Below are positions 1-14,000 of a DNA stretch of 64,000 nucleotides, in pieces. Numbering within the stretch: the first letter of the stretch is position 1; the number at the start of each line of letters is the position of its first letter. The stretch comes from Azolla caroliniana (taxonomy: Eukaryota > Plantae > Polypodiophyta): positions 12,090,001-12,154,000 of the forward strand of contig JBHGNT010000001.1 of the NCBI GenBank assembly GCA_043228905.1, written 5' to 3'. A program made the position numbers and the translations under genes. The notes beneath the pieces were generated by a model. The model had not been told where the DNA came from. It was given only the letters and a program-made list of their open reading frames with translations, and did no database searches.

Positions 1-3000
1 TAACCTGCAGTTTGCCGGGAGTGTCGATCCGACCGGTTTCGCATCTGACATGTTGAACCGTTGAAGCACCTTTGTCACGTATTTCTCCTGTGACAGTCAC
101 AATTGCTTCATTGACTGGTTCCGGATAATATGCATCCCCAGCATCTGTCTTGCTGGACCCAAGTCTTTCATTGAGAAGGTCTCGTTGAGAGCCTTCTTCA
201 GCATCCGTATTTTGGCTTGGTCCCGTCCAACTATCAACATGTCGTCCACGTATAGAAGGAGTATCAAGAAGTCGCCTCCTTCGAACTTCTTCACAAACAC
301 GCAGTGATCGGCCTGCGTCTTGTGGTACCCTTGATCGGTCATGAAGGAGTCGAACTTCTGGTACCATTGTCGGGGAGCCTGCTTCAGTCTGTACAGGCTC
401 TTCTTCAACCGGCATACCAGGTGCTCCTTCCCCTTCTCCACGAATCCTTCCAGTTGCTGCATGTAGATCTCCTCTTCGAGGTCACCGTGAAAGAATGTCG
501 TCTTCACGTCCAGCTGCTCTACCTCGAGGTCCATGCTTGCCGCTATACTCAGCACCGTCCAGATGGAGGTCATCTTTACTACCGGGGCAAATATCTCGTC
601 GAAGTCCACGCCCTTCTTCTGCTGGAACGCCTTCATCACGATCCTAGCTTTGTATCTCGGGGGGTTGCCGGCATCTCCCGGTTTCAACTTGTACACCCAC
701 TTATTTCGGAGTGCCCGCTTTCCTTTCGGCAACTCCACCAACTCGTACGTATGGTTCTCATGCAGGGAATCCATCTCATCCTGCATGGCACTTAACCATT
801 TGCGGTTGTGGGTGTCATCCTTCGCCTCTACGAAGCTTTCTGGCTCCCCCTCATCGGTTAGCAGCACATGCTCTGCATCCGGAAATCTCCGGGGGGGCCT
901 TCTCTCTCTGAGAGGATATCTCCGTCTTTGGGCTTCGGTAACCGGGCCCTCCATTCGCTCTTCATCTGAATCCGATTCAGGGTCTTGGCCGGTTCCGGTT
1001 TCAGCTTCCTCTACTTCTTCTTCCGCCGGTTCGATATCCTCACCGTAACCGCCTAGTTCCTCGAGTGCTAACCGGTCTCTTGCCAGTTGGGTCTGCTCAT
1101 TGTAGAATCAATCCTTACCGGTCGACTCGGAGTTCATTATCTTCTTCTCCAACTCCCAGTTGGCGAGCGTCTTGTCCTCCATAAAGATAATATCTCGACT
1201 CTGAAATACCTTCTTGTCGACCAGGTGCCACACTCGGTAGCCGAACTCATCGTCGTCGTAACCGAGGAATATGCATAGCCGGGTCTTTGGATCCAACTTT
1301 CCTCTCCGGTCCTTAGCAACATGCACGTACGCAAGACACCTGAATACTCTCATATGCCGGTAGGACACTTCCTTACCCGTCGAGACTCTCTGTGGCGTGT
1401 CTCCGTCCAAGGGTACTAAGGGTGATCTGTTTATCACATATGTCGGCGTCAACAGTGCCTCAGCCCAAAACTTCTTGGGTAGTTTTGCATGTGCTAGCAT
1501 ACTCCGGACCCTCTCCATTATGGTCTGGTTCATCCTCTAGGCCAGACCGTTTAGTTCCGGCGTCTTCGGCACGGTAATTCGAGCCGGATTCCCTTCAAGC
1601 GACAGTACTCCTCGAACTGCCCCCGGTATTCACCTCCGTTATCTGCTCGAACCGCCTTCAGCTTCTGGCCGGTTTCTCTTTCCACTCTCCCGTGGAGCTC
1701 TTTGAAGACGGATAGCACCTGATCCTTCGTCTTCAACGGTGTGGCCCACAGCTTCCGGCTATGGTCATCTATAAACGTCACGAAGTACTATGATCCTGCA
1801 TGTGATTTCGTGTCTACTAGACACACATCAGTATGCACCAACTCCAATGGTGCATTACGTCTCATCGGTGGCCTTGGTCGGAAGGAGGTCTGGTTTTGCT
1901 TACCGGCCAGACAATTAGTGCACTTCTCCAAGTGCACGTTCTTCACTGGAATGAGGTTGTCGTCTGCAAGCCTCTTCATCCCCTTCTCGCTCATGTGACA
2001 CAGCCTTTTGTGCCACAGCTCACCGGCAGCGTCAGATGCCACGTTCACTTCCTCCGGACATAACCGGGCATTCATCAGGTACAACGTGTTGACCTTCCGG
2101 GCCCGAGCCACAATCAGGCTCCCTTGGTTGAACTTCATAACACCATTCCAGATGTTACCCGTGTAGCCTTCATCATCTAGACGACCGGTTGATATCAGGT
2201 TCAGACGAACCTCCGGAACGTGTCGGACATCCTTCAGCAGCAACTTGCATCCGGTTGGTGTTGTCAACCACACGTCTCCTATGCCGGCAATTCGGCATGT
2301 ACCATCATTCCCCATCCGGACACAGCCGTGATCATCGGCTGAGTAGGATGAGAAGCATTTCTTGCCCGGGGTAAGGTGGAACAACGCTCCGGAGTCGACC
2401 ACCCAGGTCATCTCGTCACCAGCAAGGTTTATCTCACTCTCCTCGGTGATGAGCATCAACTCTTCTTCACTTGCCATGATTGTCGTCGTTCCCTTCCGGT
2501 CCGGCCCCCTCCGGTCTTTCCCGTTCCGGTCCGGTGTCCGCTTCGAATAGGTACCATCGGTTTCCTTGTCTTTCCGGAAATGCCGACAGTTCTTCTGGAA
2601 GTGTCCCGGCTTGCCGCAATAGAAGCAAGTAGGCCTCCCCCTTGACTTTGACCGTGTCCCCGACTTTTCCCGGTTCTGGGGACTACAGTTTCTTTGTCTT
2701 CCGCGTTCCGATTCGGTAAGGAGTGCTTTGGAGTCGGAGCTCATATCCTTATCTTTCTGACGCGCCTCCTCATCTAGCAAGCTAGTCTTTACTCTTGCTA
2801 GGGATAATCGTTTCCCTTCCGGCCCAGCATTGCCCAAAGTGACAACCAACGTCTCCCAGCTATCCGGGAGGGAACTGAGCAGGAGTAGTGCTAGTACCTC
2901 GTCGGCGAGAGGTACTTCCAATGATGTTGCCTGGTGTATTAGCCCCTAGAAGGCATTCATGTGCTCCGCCATGCTAGAGCCATCTTGGTACCGAAGTCTT

Positions 3001-4069
3001 ACTAGCTTTCAGAATACCAAAACCTGGTTAATAGCATTTTTGTTCTGAAACATAATGTCGATCTTCTCCCATAGCTCATGAGCCTTGCTCTCTTCATTGA
3101 AGTTGTTGTACAAGCTCATGTCGATGAAGCACCGTATGTACGCCGTTGTCTTCATGTGCATCACCTCCCATATCGTGGCGTCGATTTTGTATGGTCTCTT
3201 GTCCCCGAACTGAACTGGCAGCCAAAGATCTTTAACCACGAGCATGTCCCTCATCTTCGACTTCCACACTGAATAGTTGGAGCCGGTGAGCTTGAACACG
3301 CCTCCCAACGATTCGTCCATTTTCTGTGTCGTTTCGTTCTGATACCAATTTGACGGGAACTACACGCTCCGATGAACACCGCTCATCCACAACCGAGCTT
3401 AGAATCAAACACAGAAAATGGGAATGAAAGACACGACACAAAGGACAGAAGAGTACACAGGATGTTTAACATGGAAAACCCTGAGAGGGAAAATCCACGG
3501 GAGTCCACAGACTCCAAACAATCACTATATAGGAATGTACAATGGTGGAGCATCGAGGCAACGACCTCGAGCTTGCTATCTTCGCCACAGTCGGCGGTTA
3601 CAACAGAGGCAACGACCTCTTCCTCTCCCTCTCTCTCTCTTTGTACACTGTTACGCGTTGTCTAGTTTTTGCACAAACAAGAATAACAAAAAAAACACCC
3701 CACACAGTTTGCCCTAAGTCATATTTATACTAATATGAATTTTTGGCTATTTACAAATATAGTCCCGATGGACTCTCAAAAACATATTCACGAATATGTC
3801 CCTCCATCCGGTGAGCACTCCTCACCGGGCCTGCATCATCCATCCGGTGAGCCCTCCTCACCGGGCCTGCATCATCCGGCTCTTGCCGGGTACTTGTCAT
3901 CCGGTTCTCACCGGGTCTTCCGTTGCCGGGTCTTCCACATCCGGTTTCACCGGGTCTTCACCATCCGGCTCTTGCCGGGTACTTGTCATCCGGTTCTCAC
4001 CGGGTCTTCCATTGCCAGGTATTCCACATCTGGTTTCACTTCCCATCCGGAGGGACCTGTTTCCTAACA
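1..4069 (-). mobile_element. Ty1/copia LTR retrotransposon (5' LTR, PBS, disrupted gag-pol; runs off the left edge of the window)
   Basis: Minus-strand ORF pieces encode gag (3320 down), zinc knuckle CFYCGKPGHFQKNC, protease WVVDSGA, integrase (VHTDVC, RADNGGEY) and RT (YKARIV, LYVDDML) in copia order. Stops and frameshifts are present. PBS TGGTATCAGAAC at 3336-3347. Confidence 0.97.
3351..4069 (-). repeat. 5' LTR of copia element 1, with internal short tandem repeats (about 3800-4015)
   Basis: On the minus strand it starts TGTTAGGAAACAGGTCCCTCCGGATGGGAAG and ends ...CCGTCA, 3 nt before the PBS. Homologous to the LTR at 34605-35211. Confidence 0.9.
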
Positions 4070-7000
4070 TTTGGATGGTGTCCGGAACCAGGAGCCGCAT
4101 CGGAGAGACGGGCTAGATTGTAACCGGTAGGTTGTTAGAGGCCTACGAATCTAGCCTAGTACGTAGCCAACACCGGGTCATTTGAAACAGGTAATATGTC
4201 ACAATTTAAGAACAGTCTGTCCAAAAAAGGCACATAGTAGGTCATTTCACAAAACAGACCATTGCATGCGTAAAGGGTTTTGGAAATTGAATTAAAATAT
4301 ATTTATTTATACCATGTCCAAAAATTTAGGGCTTTCAAAAAATGCCCCTAATAATCGACACGTGAAATTTACAAGAGAACGTACAAAATTTAAAAAATGA
4401 CTAACATGTATATTTATACATATTTTTGAATTGTCATATTGATTTTGTTGGGAAACATGTCCCTACGGATGGGAAGAGAAGCTTAAAAGCCCTTAGTCTA
4501 GTTTTTTTTTGTAGTCATAAGTGATGTGTTTGAAACACAAGATATAGATGTGAGCTGCCTGTTTGGACAAGTTTTTGGACTAATTTGTGCAAGGAAGTTG
4601 ACACATATAAACTTCACCAAATTTACTGAGATATAGCTTGTTGGAAAACTTGGAAAGTCTACTTTTAGTGTACAAAATTTCAAAGGTTTGGTACTCGGTT
4701 CCAAAGAGCTATTGGAGTTTTAGTGGAGTATTGTAGTTGGAAAGGGCACATCATACATGTATTGTAACTAGGAGTGAAAATGATTCCATCAACCACCATG
4801 TGTTCATGTGTCATAGGTTCATATGGGTTTGTGCCAAATCCTAAGGATAATTGGTTTCCCGACTGTAGTACCTTTAACCAATTAAAATTATCTATTAATC
4901 TATCTATAAGGTTATATTTATAACACCAAAAACCCAATATACAAAACAATGTCTAGAGGCCAAAGAATTTTAAGTAAAAAATTGCTATTATTTGAGTGGT
5001 TGTTTGTTGGTTCATTTAGTATTCAAGTGTTGTTTGTTGGACAAAAGGTGCTAGGCGGTTTCATAAACTAATTTATAAGATTTTGTTTTTTTATCCTTGC
5101 TTATTAACACAACCTTTCTGCTATAATCGTATATCTCCCTTTTCATTCTACCGCATGGTGATTCTCTTTCATGAGTAATAGGCACATAAAAAATATCTTA
5201 AAGTTGGTTCGCACGTTTATTCACCTTATATTTGAACAAGCTTGTTCAAAATCAAATGGTCTTCGATGTAATAGTTGCACTATTGTAACGTGGCATGTTC
5301 TCACCTTCTATCTCATTTATAAAACACTACATGAATTTGCTGGAAGAAGTTGGTCGTCATCCCTCAACGACACTTAGGTAGCAACTTGTTGACTACTTGC
5401 CCCATTGTTGTACTATTTGCAAGGTGTTGAGGAAGTTCATGTGGCATGATTAGTGACATCCTAACCATCGAGGTGCAAGAGTGGACAAGGTGCTTGCAAG
5501 TGTGATGGAACAATTACTGCCACGTATGGATAATATCATCGATTGCACCCAAACACAGAAGGCCACCCTATTGGGCTTGGATTCAAGGGTCTTGCATTTC
5601 AACCCTTTATGTGACGAAAACACATCTAACATGGCATTATCTTGTTGTCATGTGACATAGGCTTTCTTCACTATGTAGCACTAAAAAAAGGAAGGAATTT
5701 CTAGCACAAGCTTATTCAATAGCCAAAACCTTTGAACAAACATCAAATCCAAACATAATACTGGAAAAACATTTGAAGCAACCATGTTGTTTCTTGTGCT
5801 TGTAAACTCTAAACCCTAAACATAAAACTTACATTCCAAATCCCAAGTCCTACATCCATCATATGAACAACCCCCAAACTATCAACCTCACCTGAAACTC
5901 AGAAAAAAATACCCAAAATTCTAAATCTCGATGTGTTTGAATGTTCAAAACAAAAATATAAAAACAACCTTGGATAACTAACTTAACATTCCATCATTGT
6001 CCATATATGTCTAAACATTAAGATTCTAATAGTGGGTAATGTTGTGAACTTGTGACTTGTGAGTTTAAAAGAAATAGTTTTGTGTATAAAAGTGAGTGAT
6101 TTTAAATTATCATTTAAGTGACCTCTTACGGTTTATATATGCTAACGCCTTGTTATTGAATGCATTTATGAAATATTCATCCATGCTCTCAATGTCCTTA
6201 TCCGTTAAGTATCGGAACTATTATACAATTCGAAAGTATAGTGCTTGGTGATCGCATCAATGAGAACATAACATATTGCTTGTTACAAATTAAAAATGAT
6301 CATTTGATATCAGATAAAGCACATAGTTACTATGTTTAATATTACATGATAATTTATATTAGGTTATTGCTCTTCAATTGTCGAAATTTTGGCACAATAT
6401 TTCTGACATTTCCACCATTATTTTGGAGGCGCCTAAAGTTTCAATGTTCTTTCAAGTGCATTGGAGTTCCCAACAAAAGTATTGATTGAGTTTTTTATAC
6501 TTTCTTAATTTGCTTTTTCTAATTTTGCAGTTACCTACAAGTGCTAGAATTTCCAACAATCATTTATGTTCAATGATTTCCAATACTATTGGAAGTTCCA
6601 TCATTATGTGAAAAGAACTGAAATGCCCAAAACATTATTTTAAATCGCCAGATATATTGAGGCAATAGTCATCACAAGGTCGGGCACAATAAAAGAAATT
6701 TGATTGTGAAGTATGGGCTTTAATTTTAACATGTTGATGCTTTACCCAGGAATTAACCAATGCTTCTCATGCTTCTTAGTCTTTTATTTATTTTAAATAT
6801 ATTTACTGTTTGTTATATTTGACATACTCTTGGGATTATCTTGTTTGTACACCTTTGAGGAAATCCATCTTGGAGACTCATAGACAAAAACGAACGAGGA
6901 CACCATACTTCTTGGATAAATTTGGATGCTCTTAATATGCTTCTCAACTTAATATGGAACGATTTGGCGACGAAAGGATGGGTTTTCACATTTGTGCGTC

Positions 7001-7641
7001 GTTCTTAGTCGGGATGAGCAAAATCTACCCGTGCTTATGAAAGCCTTCCCCAACGAGATAATGCTGCACCCAACCTTTTTTAATGGCACTATTCTAAGAA
7101 GGGCACAAAGCTATAAAATAATTGTGCTTGATCTATCTCGAATTGTTATCTATCTATATCGATATGAGTGCATATGGGTTATGTATGATTGGTCAAACTG
7201 CAATGCTCTGGATCTCATAAAAAGCTAGTGAGATGCTTTATGGTAGGGTTTCGTGGCACATTGAATGTGGATTATCAACCGAACGAGCTTACATTTTGGC
7301 AAGTATCACACCCTTTAATTAAAGACAACAAGCAATACATTATACATACATACTTAGCCTATCACTAATTAACAACACGATAACCACATCGGATGTGCGC
7401 ACATGCAAATTAATAGAGAGATCTCATCGCTCACTCTTTCCCGAAAAGACATCATCATCCTATGAATATGAAGCATGTGTACACACACTTTAATGCTAAT
7501 GACATTTTTTTTTGTATATGCTTCCTTCTTCTTTTTTTTATATGTACATAACTTTGGAATCCCGAAACCTGGGTTTAAAAGGCCGATGGCCCGACATTGA
7601 GAAAAAGGAAACCATACATACTATACGTACATACATACATA

Positions 7642-8107
7642 CATAGTATGAACCATACGTACCATACTTTTGTATTCATTATTTATTATAAGGTATTTTG
7701 ATTTTTTTTTAAAGCTAAGAAAGCTAAGGTAAAAGGTGTAAAAAAAAAACAAACATAAGAATGTTTTGATAACATACGCATTCGTTTGAATTCGTATGTA
7801 TACTTTTGTATTCATTATTTATTATAAAGGCATTGTTTTTTTTAAAGCTAAGAAAGCTAATGTCAAAAGTGTAAAAAGAAACAAAACATAAGAATGTTTT
7901 GATAACATACTGGTAAATACTATGTATACTTTTGTATTCATTATTTAGTATAAGGTATTTTGTTTTTTTTAAAGCTAAGAAAGCTAAGGTAAAAAGTGTA
8001 AAAAAAACAAACATAAGAATGTTTTGATAACATACGCATTCGTTTGAATTCGTATGAAGGAGAATGTTTGCCAATGCATTCGAGTATATTATGTAATATG
8101 TACTATG
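7642..8107. mobile_element. hAT-like MITE with an internal tandem triplication (about 130-bp units)
   Basis: Termini CATAGTA...TACTATG. Flanks CATACATA/CATACATT (8 bp, 7/8 match). Same termini and internal motifs as 53072-53319. Confidence 0.7.
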
Positions 8108-9063
8108 CATACATTATACATACATACACACATATATACATACATATGTATACAAACAAACAAATGCGTGCACGCACGAGATTGTACCACAAAGAGAGAG
8201 AGAGAGAAAATCAAAATCAAAGAAAGAAGAAGAACGCATTTGGGCGTCCGGACAAAGCAGACACGCAAGTGTGAAACGTCCGCGTCACTCCACTCCATCT
8301 CTCTGCAAAAAAGAAGAAGAAAAGCAGTCAGAAATCGATGGAGAGCCCATTAATTCAGCCTTCCTACTCCCCCCTTGCTCCTGCAGCAAATCCATCTTTC
8401 GACTCGCTAATCCATCTAATCAGAAAGAAAACTGAAGAAGGTCCCATGGAGACAGCGTAAAAAGCCTTCTAATAACCTCTTCTTTTCAACCAGAAGGTTT
8501 TATTTCCATCTTCATCATCTTCATCTTCATCTTCTTCTTCTTCTTCTTCTTCATTGTCAGAGAACAGACGACAGCAACAGCAACACCATCGGGTTTTGAG
8601 TGGAATTTCCTGGTTCTATCTCATTCTTATTCTCTGGTCATCGAAGAACAGAATAAGCAGCCGAATCTTCAAAAGATCCAGGTTTTCTGTAAAAGCTTGC
8701 GGTTTCCTTCATCTCAGCCAAGGAGAAGCAAGCAGAAGAAGGCGAATGCGAACACGAATATGCACAGAAAGCAAGACAAATCAAAGATTACTGAGAAGTG
8801 GAGAAGGATATTTACAGTTGAGGGACGGCAAAGTAGAGATTATTGTGGAGAAGAAGAAGACGAAGAAGAAGAAGACGACGAAGAAGAAGAATTATAGTGA
8901 AGGAAAGTTACATCTGAGATTACTGGTCGACAAGAAGAAGAAGAAGAATTTCAGACAGTGAAAGCAAGGCACACCGGAGTTTACTGTCGAAAAGAAGAAA
9001 TTGAGTGAAGTAAGCAACAATTTAGATTACTGTGAAGAAGGAGGAGGAGGAGGAGAAGAAAAT

Positions 9064-11019
9064 ATGGCGATAAGAGCAGCTCAAGCTACATCTCCTCCGC
9101 TCTCACAAATGCTATCGCTCCCTTGCATCTCTTCTGCAGATAGAGGAAACCTCACTAGCCTGTCCTTCTTCACAGGCAATGCTACTCAGGGATCACAACT
9201 CGGGAATGGCTGTGCAGACGAAACAGACTCGGACTCAGACTCAGACTCAGAATCAGAATCAGAAGAAGCTGAAGAAAGTATTCCTCTTTCCTTCAGCGCA
9301 AGCAAGAAGAAAAAAAGCGCTAAAGTAAGGCAAGGCAATCACTTCTGCGCAAAAGAAGAAGAAGCTGCAGAGGAAAGAGAAGAAGTAGTAGAAAAAAATA
9401 CACAAAAACAAGGAGGAGATGATGAAAGAGGTATAGAAGCAGAAATAGAAGTACAAACAACGCCGAAGACGAAGAAGCAGAACGTAAGAGTTTCTGCTGA
9501 ATCTTCTGCCAATTTTCCTAGTTTGATGATCATCTCGCCATCAATAATCATACCTTACAACAAATCTGCTGCAGAAATAGAAGAAACTATGCAATCAAAT
9601 AAAGAGAAAATGAAGACGAACAGGAAGACAGTTTCTGCATCTTCACATAGCCCTACAATCAGTTTGCCATTGCTGGGCCATACGATGCCTTGCATCACAT
9701 CCGCAGAGCTTCGATCTCACAATTCTCCATCGGATCTATGGGTGTCTATCGATGGCATTGTCTACGATCTCACCACATGGCTTCCTTACCATCCAGGTGG
9801 CCGTAGTATCCTCTTAAACTTCGCTGGCCATGACATCTCTGATGCTTTCTTCGCCTTCCATCCCCCAGAGACAGCTTCTTCTTTACTCCCATCCCTTATG
9901 GTCTCTAAGCTCTCTGATTACTCTCCCTCTCCCCTCTCTATCGATTATCGTCACACCATAGCTGATCTCCACCGTTCTGGTCTCTTCTCTGTCAATCTGT
10001 CCCCTTATTTCTGCCTCTTCTTTTGTCTTGCTTCTCTGTTTCTTTTCTGCATTTATGGCGTCTTTCTCTGCCACGGCACATTCATGCACATGGCTTCAGC
10101 AGTCTCTCTAGGTTTCTTCTGGTCTCAAACTTCTTTCATTATGCATGACTATGGCCATTCTCCATTCCTCAAGAAGCCTAATCTGGACAGAAACATCAAG
10201 GTACTTCTTGCTTGTTTCTTAACAGGTTTGAGCCCTAGCTGGTGGAAGAAATCCCACAATGCTCACCACGTGTCTACGAATAACCTCTCACATGACCCTG
10301 ATGTTCAGTTCATACCTTTCTTCGCCATATCCAGCAAGTTCTTCTCTTCCCTTTACTCTCATTACCATGACAGAAAAATGATATTTGACAGATTGTCTAG
10401 GTTTCTTGTCAGTTATCAGCATTGGACCTTCTATCCAATCATGCTCATCGCAAGGATCAACCTATTAGTTCAAGCGTTTGTGTTCTTTCTAAATTCAGAG
10501 GATTACAAAGGGAAAAGGATGGAGATGTGGGGGATCCTGAGCTTCTGGCTATGGTTTTCTGCAATTCTGTTGAGCTTACCTAGCAATCTTGAGCGATTAG
10601 GGTTTGTACTAGTTAGCTGTGGAGTGACCTCGATACAACATTTGCAGTTCTGCTTGAATCATTTTGCTTGCGAGGTTAGCGAAGGTATGCCTAAAGGAGG
10701 AGAGTTCTTGGAAAGACAAGTGAAAGGAACTCTGAACATAGATTGCCATAGGTTCATGGATTGGTTTCATGGTGGATTACAGTTTCAACTTGAGCATCAT
10801 CTCTTTCCTCGTTTGCCTCGCCATAACCTTCGAAAGGTTTCCACCTTAACCAAAGCCCTGTGTCGTAAGCATGGATTGCCTTATGTGAGTGTTGGATTTT
10901 GGAGAGCTAATGTAATGCTGTTTGATACCTTGAAGAATGCCGCCATGGAAGCCCGAGATTGGAAAACCCCCGTCATAGGGAAGAATTTGGCTTGGGATCT
11001 GATCAATGCTCAAGGATAA
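9064..11019 (+). CDS. SLD: Cytochrome b5-fused front-end desaturase (sphingolipid delta-8 / delta-6 type), intronless, with a long acidic N-terminal extension
   Basis: HPGG heme motif and three His boxes: HDYGH, HNAHH and QLEHHLFP. First in-frame ATG is at 9064; the canonical domain begins near ATG 9685 (MPCITSAELRSHN). Confidence 0.92.
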   Translation: MAIRAAQATSPPLSQMLSLPCISSADRGNLTSLSFFTGNATQGSQLGNGCADETDSDSDSDSESESEEAEESIPLSFSASKKKKSAKVRQGNHFCAKEEEAAEEREEVVEKNTQKQGGDDERGIEAEIEVQTTPKTKKQNVRVSAESSANFPSLMIISPSIIIPYNKSAAEIEETMQSNKEKMKTNRKTVSASSHSPTISLPLLGHTMPCITSAELRSHNSPSDLWVSIDGIVYDLTTWLPYHPGGRSILLNFAGHDISDAFFAFHPPETASSLLPSLMVSKLSDYSPSPLSIDYRHTIADLHRSGLFSVNLSPYFCLFFCLASLFLFCIYGVFLCHGTFMHMASAVSLGFFWSQTSFIMHDYGHSPFLKKPNLDRNIKVLLACFLTGLSPSWWKKSHNAHHVSTNNLSHDPDVQFIPFFAISSKFFSSLYSHYHDRKMIFDRLSRFLVSYQHWTFYPIMLIARINLLVQAFVFFLNSEDYKGKRMEMWGILSFWLWFSAILLSLPSNLERLGFVLVSCGVTSIQHLQFCLNHFACEVSEGMPKGGEFLERQVKGTLNIDCHRFMDWFHGGLQFQLEHHLFPRLPRHNLRKVSTLTKALCRKHGLPYVSVGFWRANVMLFDTLKNAAMEARDWKTPVIGKNLAWDLINAQG

Positions 11020-14000
11020 TTTCATTATGGAATAATGAAATCAACAAATACTTTGATTTCAGTTCAATTGTTCAATTCACCTATGGATGGATCCATAGAC
11101 TGATTGATTATATGAACAGAATGATTCATCAATATGTAAATTGATTGATCGATGGATCAGTTGGTTGGTTGATTCATCAATGATAAATTTGATTATATTG
11201 ATGGGTTGATTGTTGACATCGATCATTATTGTATTTGATTATTTCCATGGATTGATTGATTGACCAATTCATGGATGTATGGAATGAATCGATGCGTTGA
11301 TTGAATGCATTGATGAAAGAATAAACTTGTCTATGTGAATTCTTGATTATCGAAAGGAATAAGAACAAAGAAAATCAAGACCATTGACCTTGTACCCATG
11401 ATTAACGTAGTCCTCTACAACATAGCTTGATGAAAGATCTAATTTTGTCATAACGTACATAGCTCATCAAATTTGGGGAGCTTTTACAATCTGTCTGATT
11501 TTCTTCTTCACTTTCTCTAGTTTTGCATTCATTCATTCAATATGCACTCCTTCCAAAATCTGTGTCAAATTTTACCTCAAGGAATTGTTTTATTTACGTT
11601 ATTGATTTTACTTCAGAATTGTGTTTCTTGACCTCGGAGACTTAGATTTCTTCCACGTATTTTTTTTTTACCGCAGATCTTGTTTCTTCACCTGGAGATG
11701 AATCTTTCTTCACTTCTGTGTGACCGACCTTTTATTTTTAATCATTGCTTTGATGAATGTACCATTAACAATTTTTATCACACTAGGGTGGGTGTGAATG
11801 AGGGCTAATTATTTTGTTAACGCTCACAACATGGCGAGAGAAGCACTTGGTCCCCTAAAAGTTAAAACCCTAATTCTCAAATTATTGGAAATGTTGGGAC
11901 TTACAGAGATTATGAACCATAAATTTCAGACATATATATATAATATATATATCAATATATATCTTGCTCCTTAAATTTGAAACTGTTTTCAGTTACTTTT
12001 CTTTAACGGTCATTGAGCATAGTCTTGCTCATTAAATCTGAACCATGTTTTAAAGGTTATCTAGCTATCGTGCATAACTATGAGCGCTCAATGGTAGTTG
12101 GTTCATTAATATATGGTAAAACCCATTTATAGCAGCTAGCTAACTCTTTGGAAGTTAAAACCTGGCAATGCCATAAATCACTGACTTAGTGTGTACTATA
12201 AATGGTAGACACATACAACCATTCCACCCACTATTATTTTTGCAAGATTTTCCTCCCACTCTCCATATTTGAACTTGCTATCTTCTTTACTATGTTTCGG
12301 AGAGAGAAATTTTTTTGTTTCATGGTAAAGGTACCAATTGATATTTAGCAAGATCTTTTAAACCTACCAATAAATAAAGTACATACATACTTCCATATTA
12401 GCCATCCCAAGAGGAGCTTGTCAATTTTCTTCTCTAAATGCGAGCCTTACTTCTTCATGCACTCATATGCAATGGATACTCTAGCTTGCCAACTTCATCA
12501 TTGCATATTGCTTGCTAAATTCACTATGGCTTGCCAAGAACTTAATTAACTAAAATGTCAAAATCATTTAATACAAATCAACATACTTCATTTAATAAGA
12601 ATCATTGAGGACAAGACAAACTCCAAATACTTAAAAGTTAGGACTACAAATACATTGAGAGGGAGACGTGAAGGAAAGAGCTATAGCCTAGGGGTTCAAG
12701 TGAAAGAATCAGTAAAGGCACAAAAAGTGGGTTTTATAAGTTTTTACAATGCTTACTGCCTTTTCACACTATGGTGAGGCAAAACCTTTCTTTTTTATCT
12801 TCATTACATTTTCCCCTATTGCCCTCTTTTCCTAGCACGTACATATGTCGTATTAGTATAGTGTCAATGCAATTGCAATCAGGAGCGTGCGACATGAAGA
12901 TATGACAGGTACTTAACACGTTGTTACACAAGTCTGGAGAAGGTTCAAGAATCTAGAGTAGCTTCATTGGTTTGAGGATTGATATGATTGTGGATCTCGA
13001 AGAGAATTTCCTAGATCTCCTTAGTTTGTGGCTCAATGTTATCATGGATGTATAGGTAAATCTCTCTATTCTTTCACACATACATACCTATACCGTAGCA
13101 CACACAATATGCCCACACACACATGCATAGAATTAACTTATGTTTGCTACGAATCTATGTTCGTTGCATGTGTGTTGTGTCAGCAAAGCCATTCTTGAAG
13201 AATTAGCTCGCCCCATCAATGAGATCCGCCAATGTTTTAGTTGAGACTCTAGAAATCATCCTTACATAGAAAACGTCCACCTCCACTTCATGTCATGAAA
13301 GAAGGAAAAAGTTGAAAAGAAGAAGAAGAAATCATTGCCCGCAATGAATATGCGAATAGGTTGCACTTGCTTGATAGAGAAGCTTCATTGAAGCAACTTG
13401 TCAAGTTAAATGTATAAGATACACCATTTCTTTGTTAGAAAGGATATGGGAGGTATATCGATAACAATTTGGAGAATATTCCTGATGAAGGGTAGTCTAA
13501 CAATTTCCTTTCCCCCCATCCACCCCAATATCCTAACCCTCCATCCCATCGCCACAAGCCCTTCCCTATTTCCCCCAACCTCCCATTCTAGAAAACCCTT
13601 CTTACTATACTTGAATTGGAATGCACAATTCAACATCAATCTTAACCTTGTCCATTCATGCGTAACCCTAACTGACACCTTCGCTTTGGTTTCCATCATT
13701 GCCACCATCTACCCAGCCTTGATCTTATACTCCCCCTTTTCCTCCGCATTCTCCCCCATTGACTCCATTGTTTCTGTTGAAGATTTCCAAGTTGATCCTG
13801 AGGCAAACTTTTGACCCTACAAAGCACTTAGGAGTCTATACCCATTAGGCTATGAGGATGTTAAGCACTTATTGTACAATAACTCCTACACATATCCATC
13901 ACATAAGCAAAGACATTAGTAACCAATGAGACAATGATTAAACCATGGGAAAATGGAAGCATCACCTAGCTATGTTTATAGGTGTTATGCAAACATAATG

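Noticed and set aside
4500-4950. Possible LINE 3' zinc-finger remnant
   Set aside because: Only faint W/H/C spacing is visible, too degenerate to support.
8554-8961. Separate gene or readthrough extension in frame with the desaturase
   Set aside because: It has a non-ATG start, GAA-repeat-derived low complexity, and a TGA before the desaturase frame. Nothing supports readthrough.
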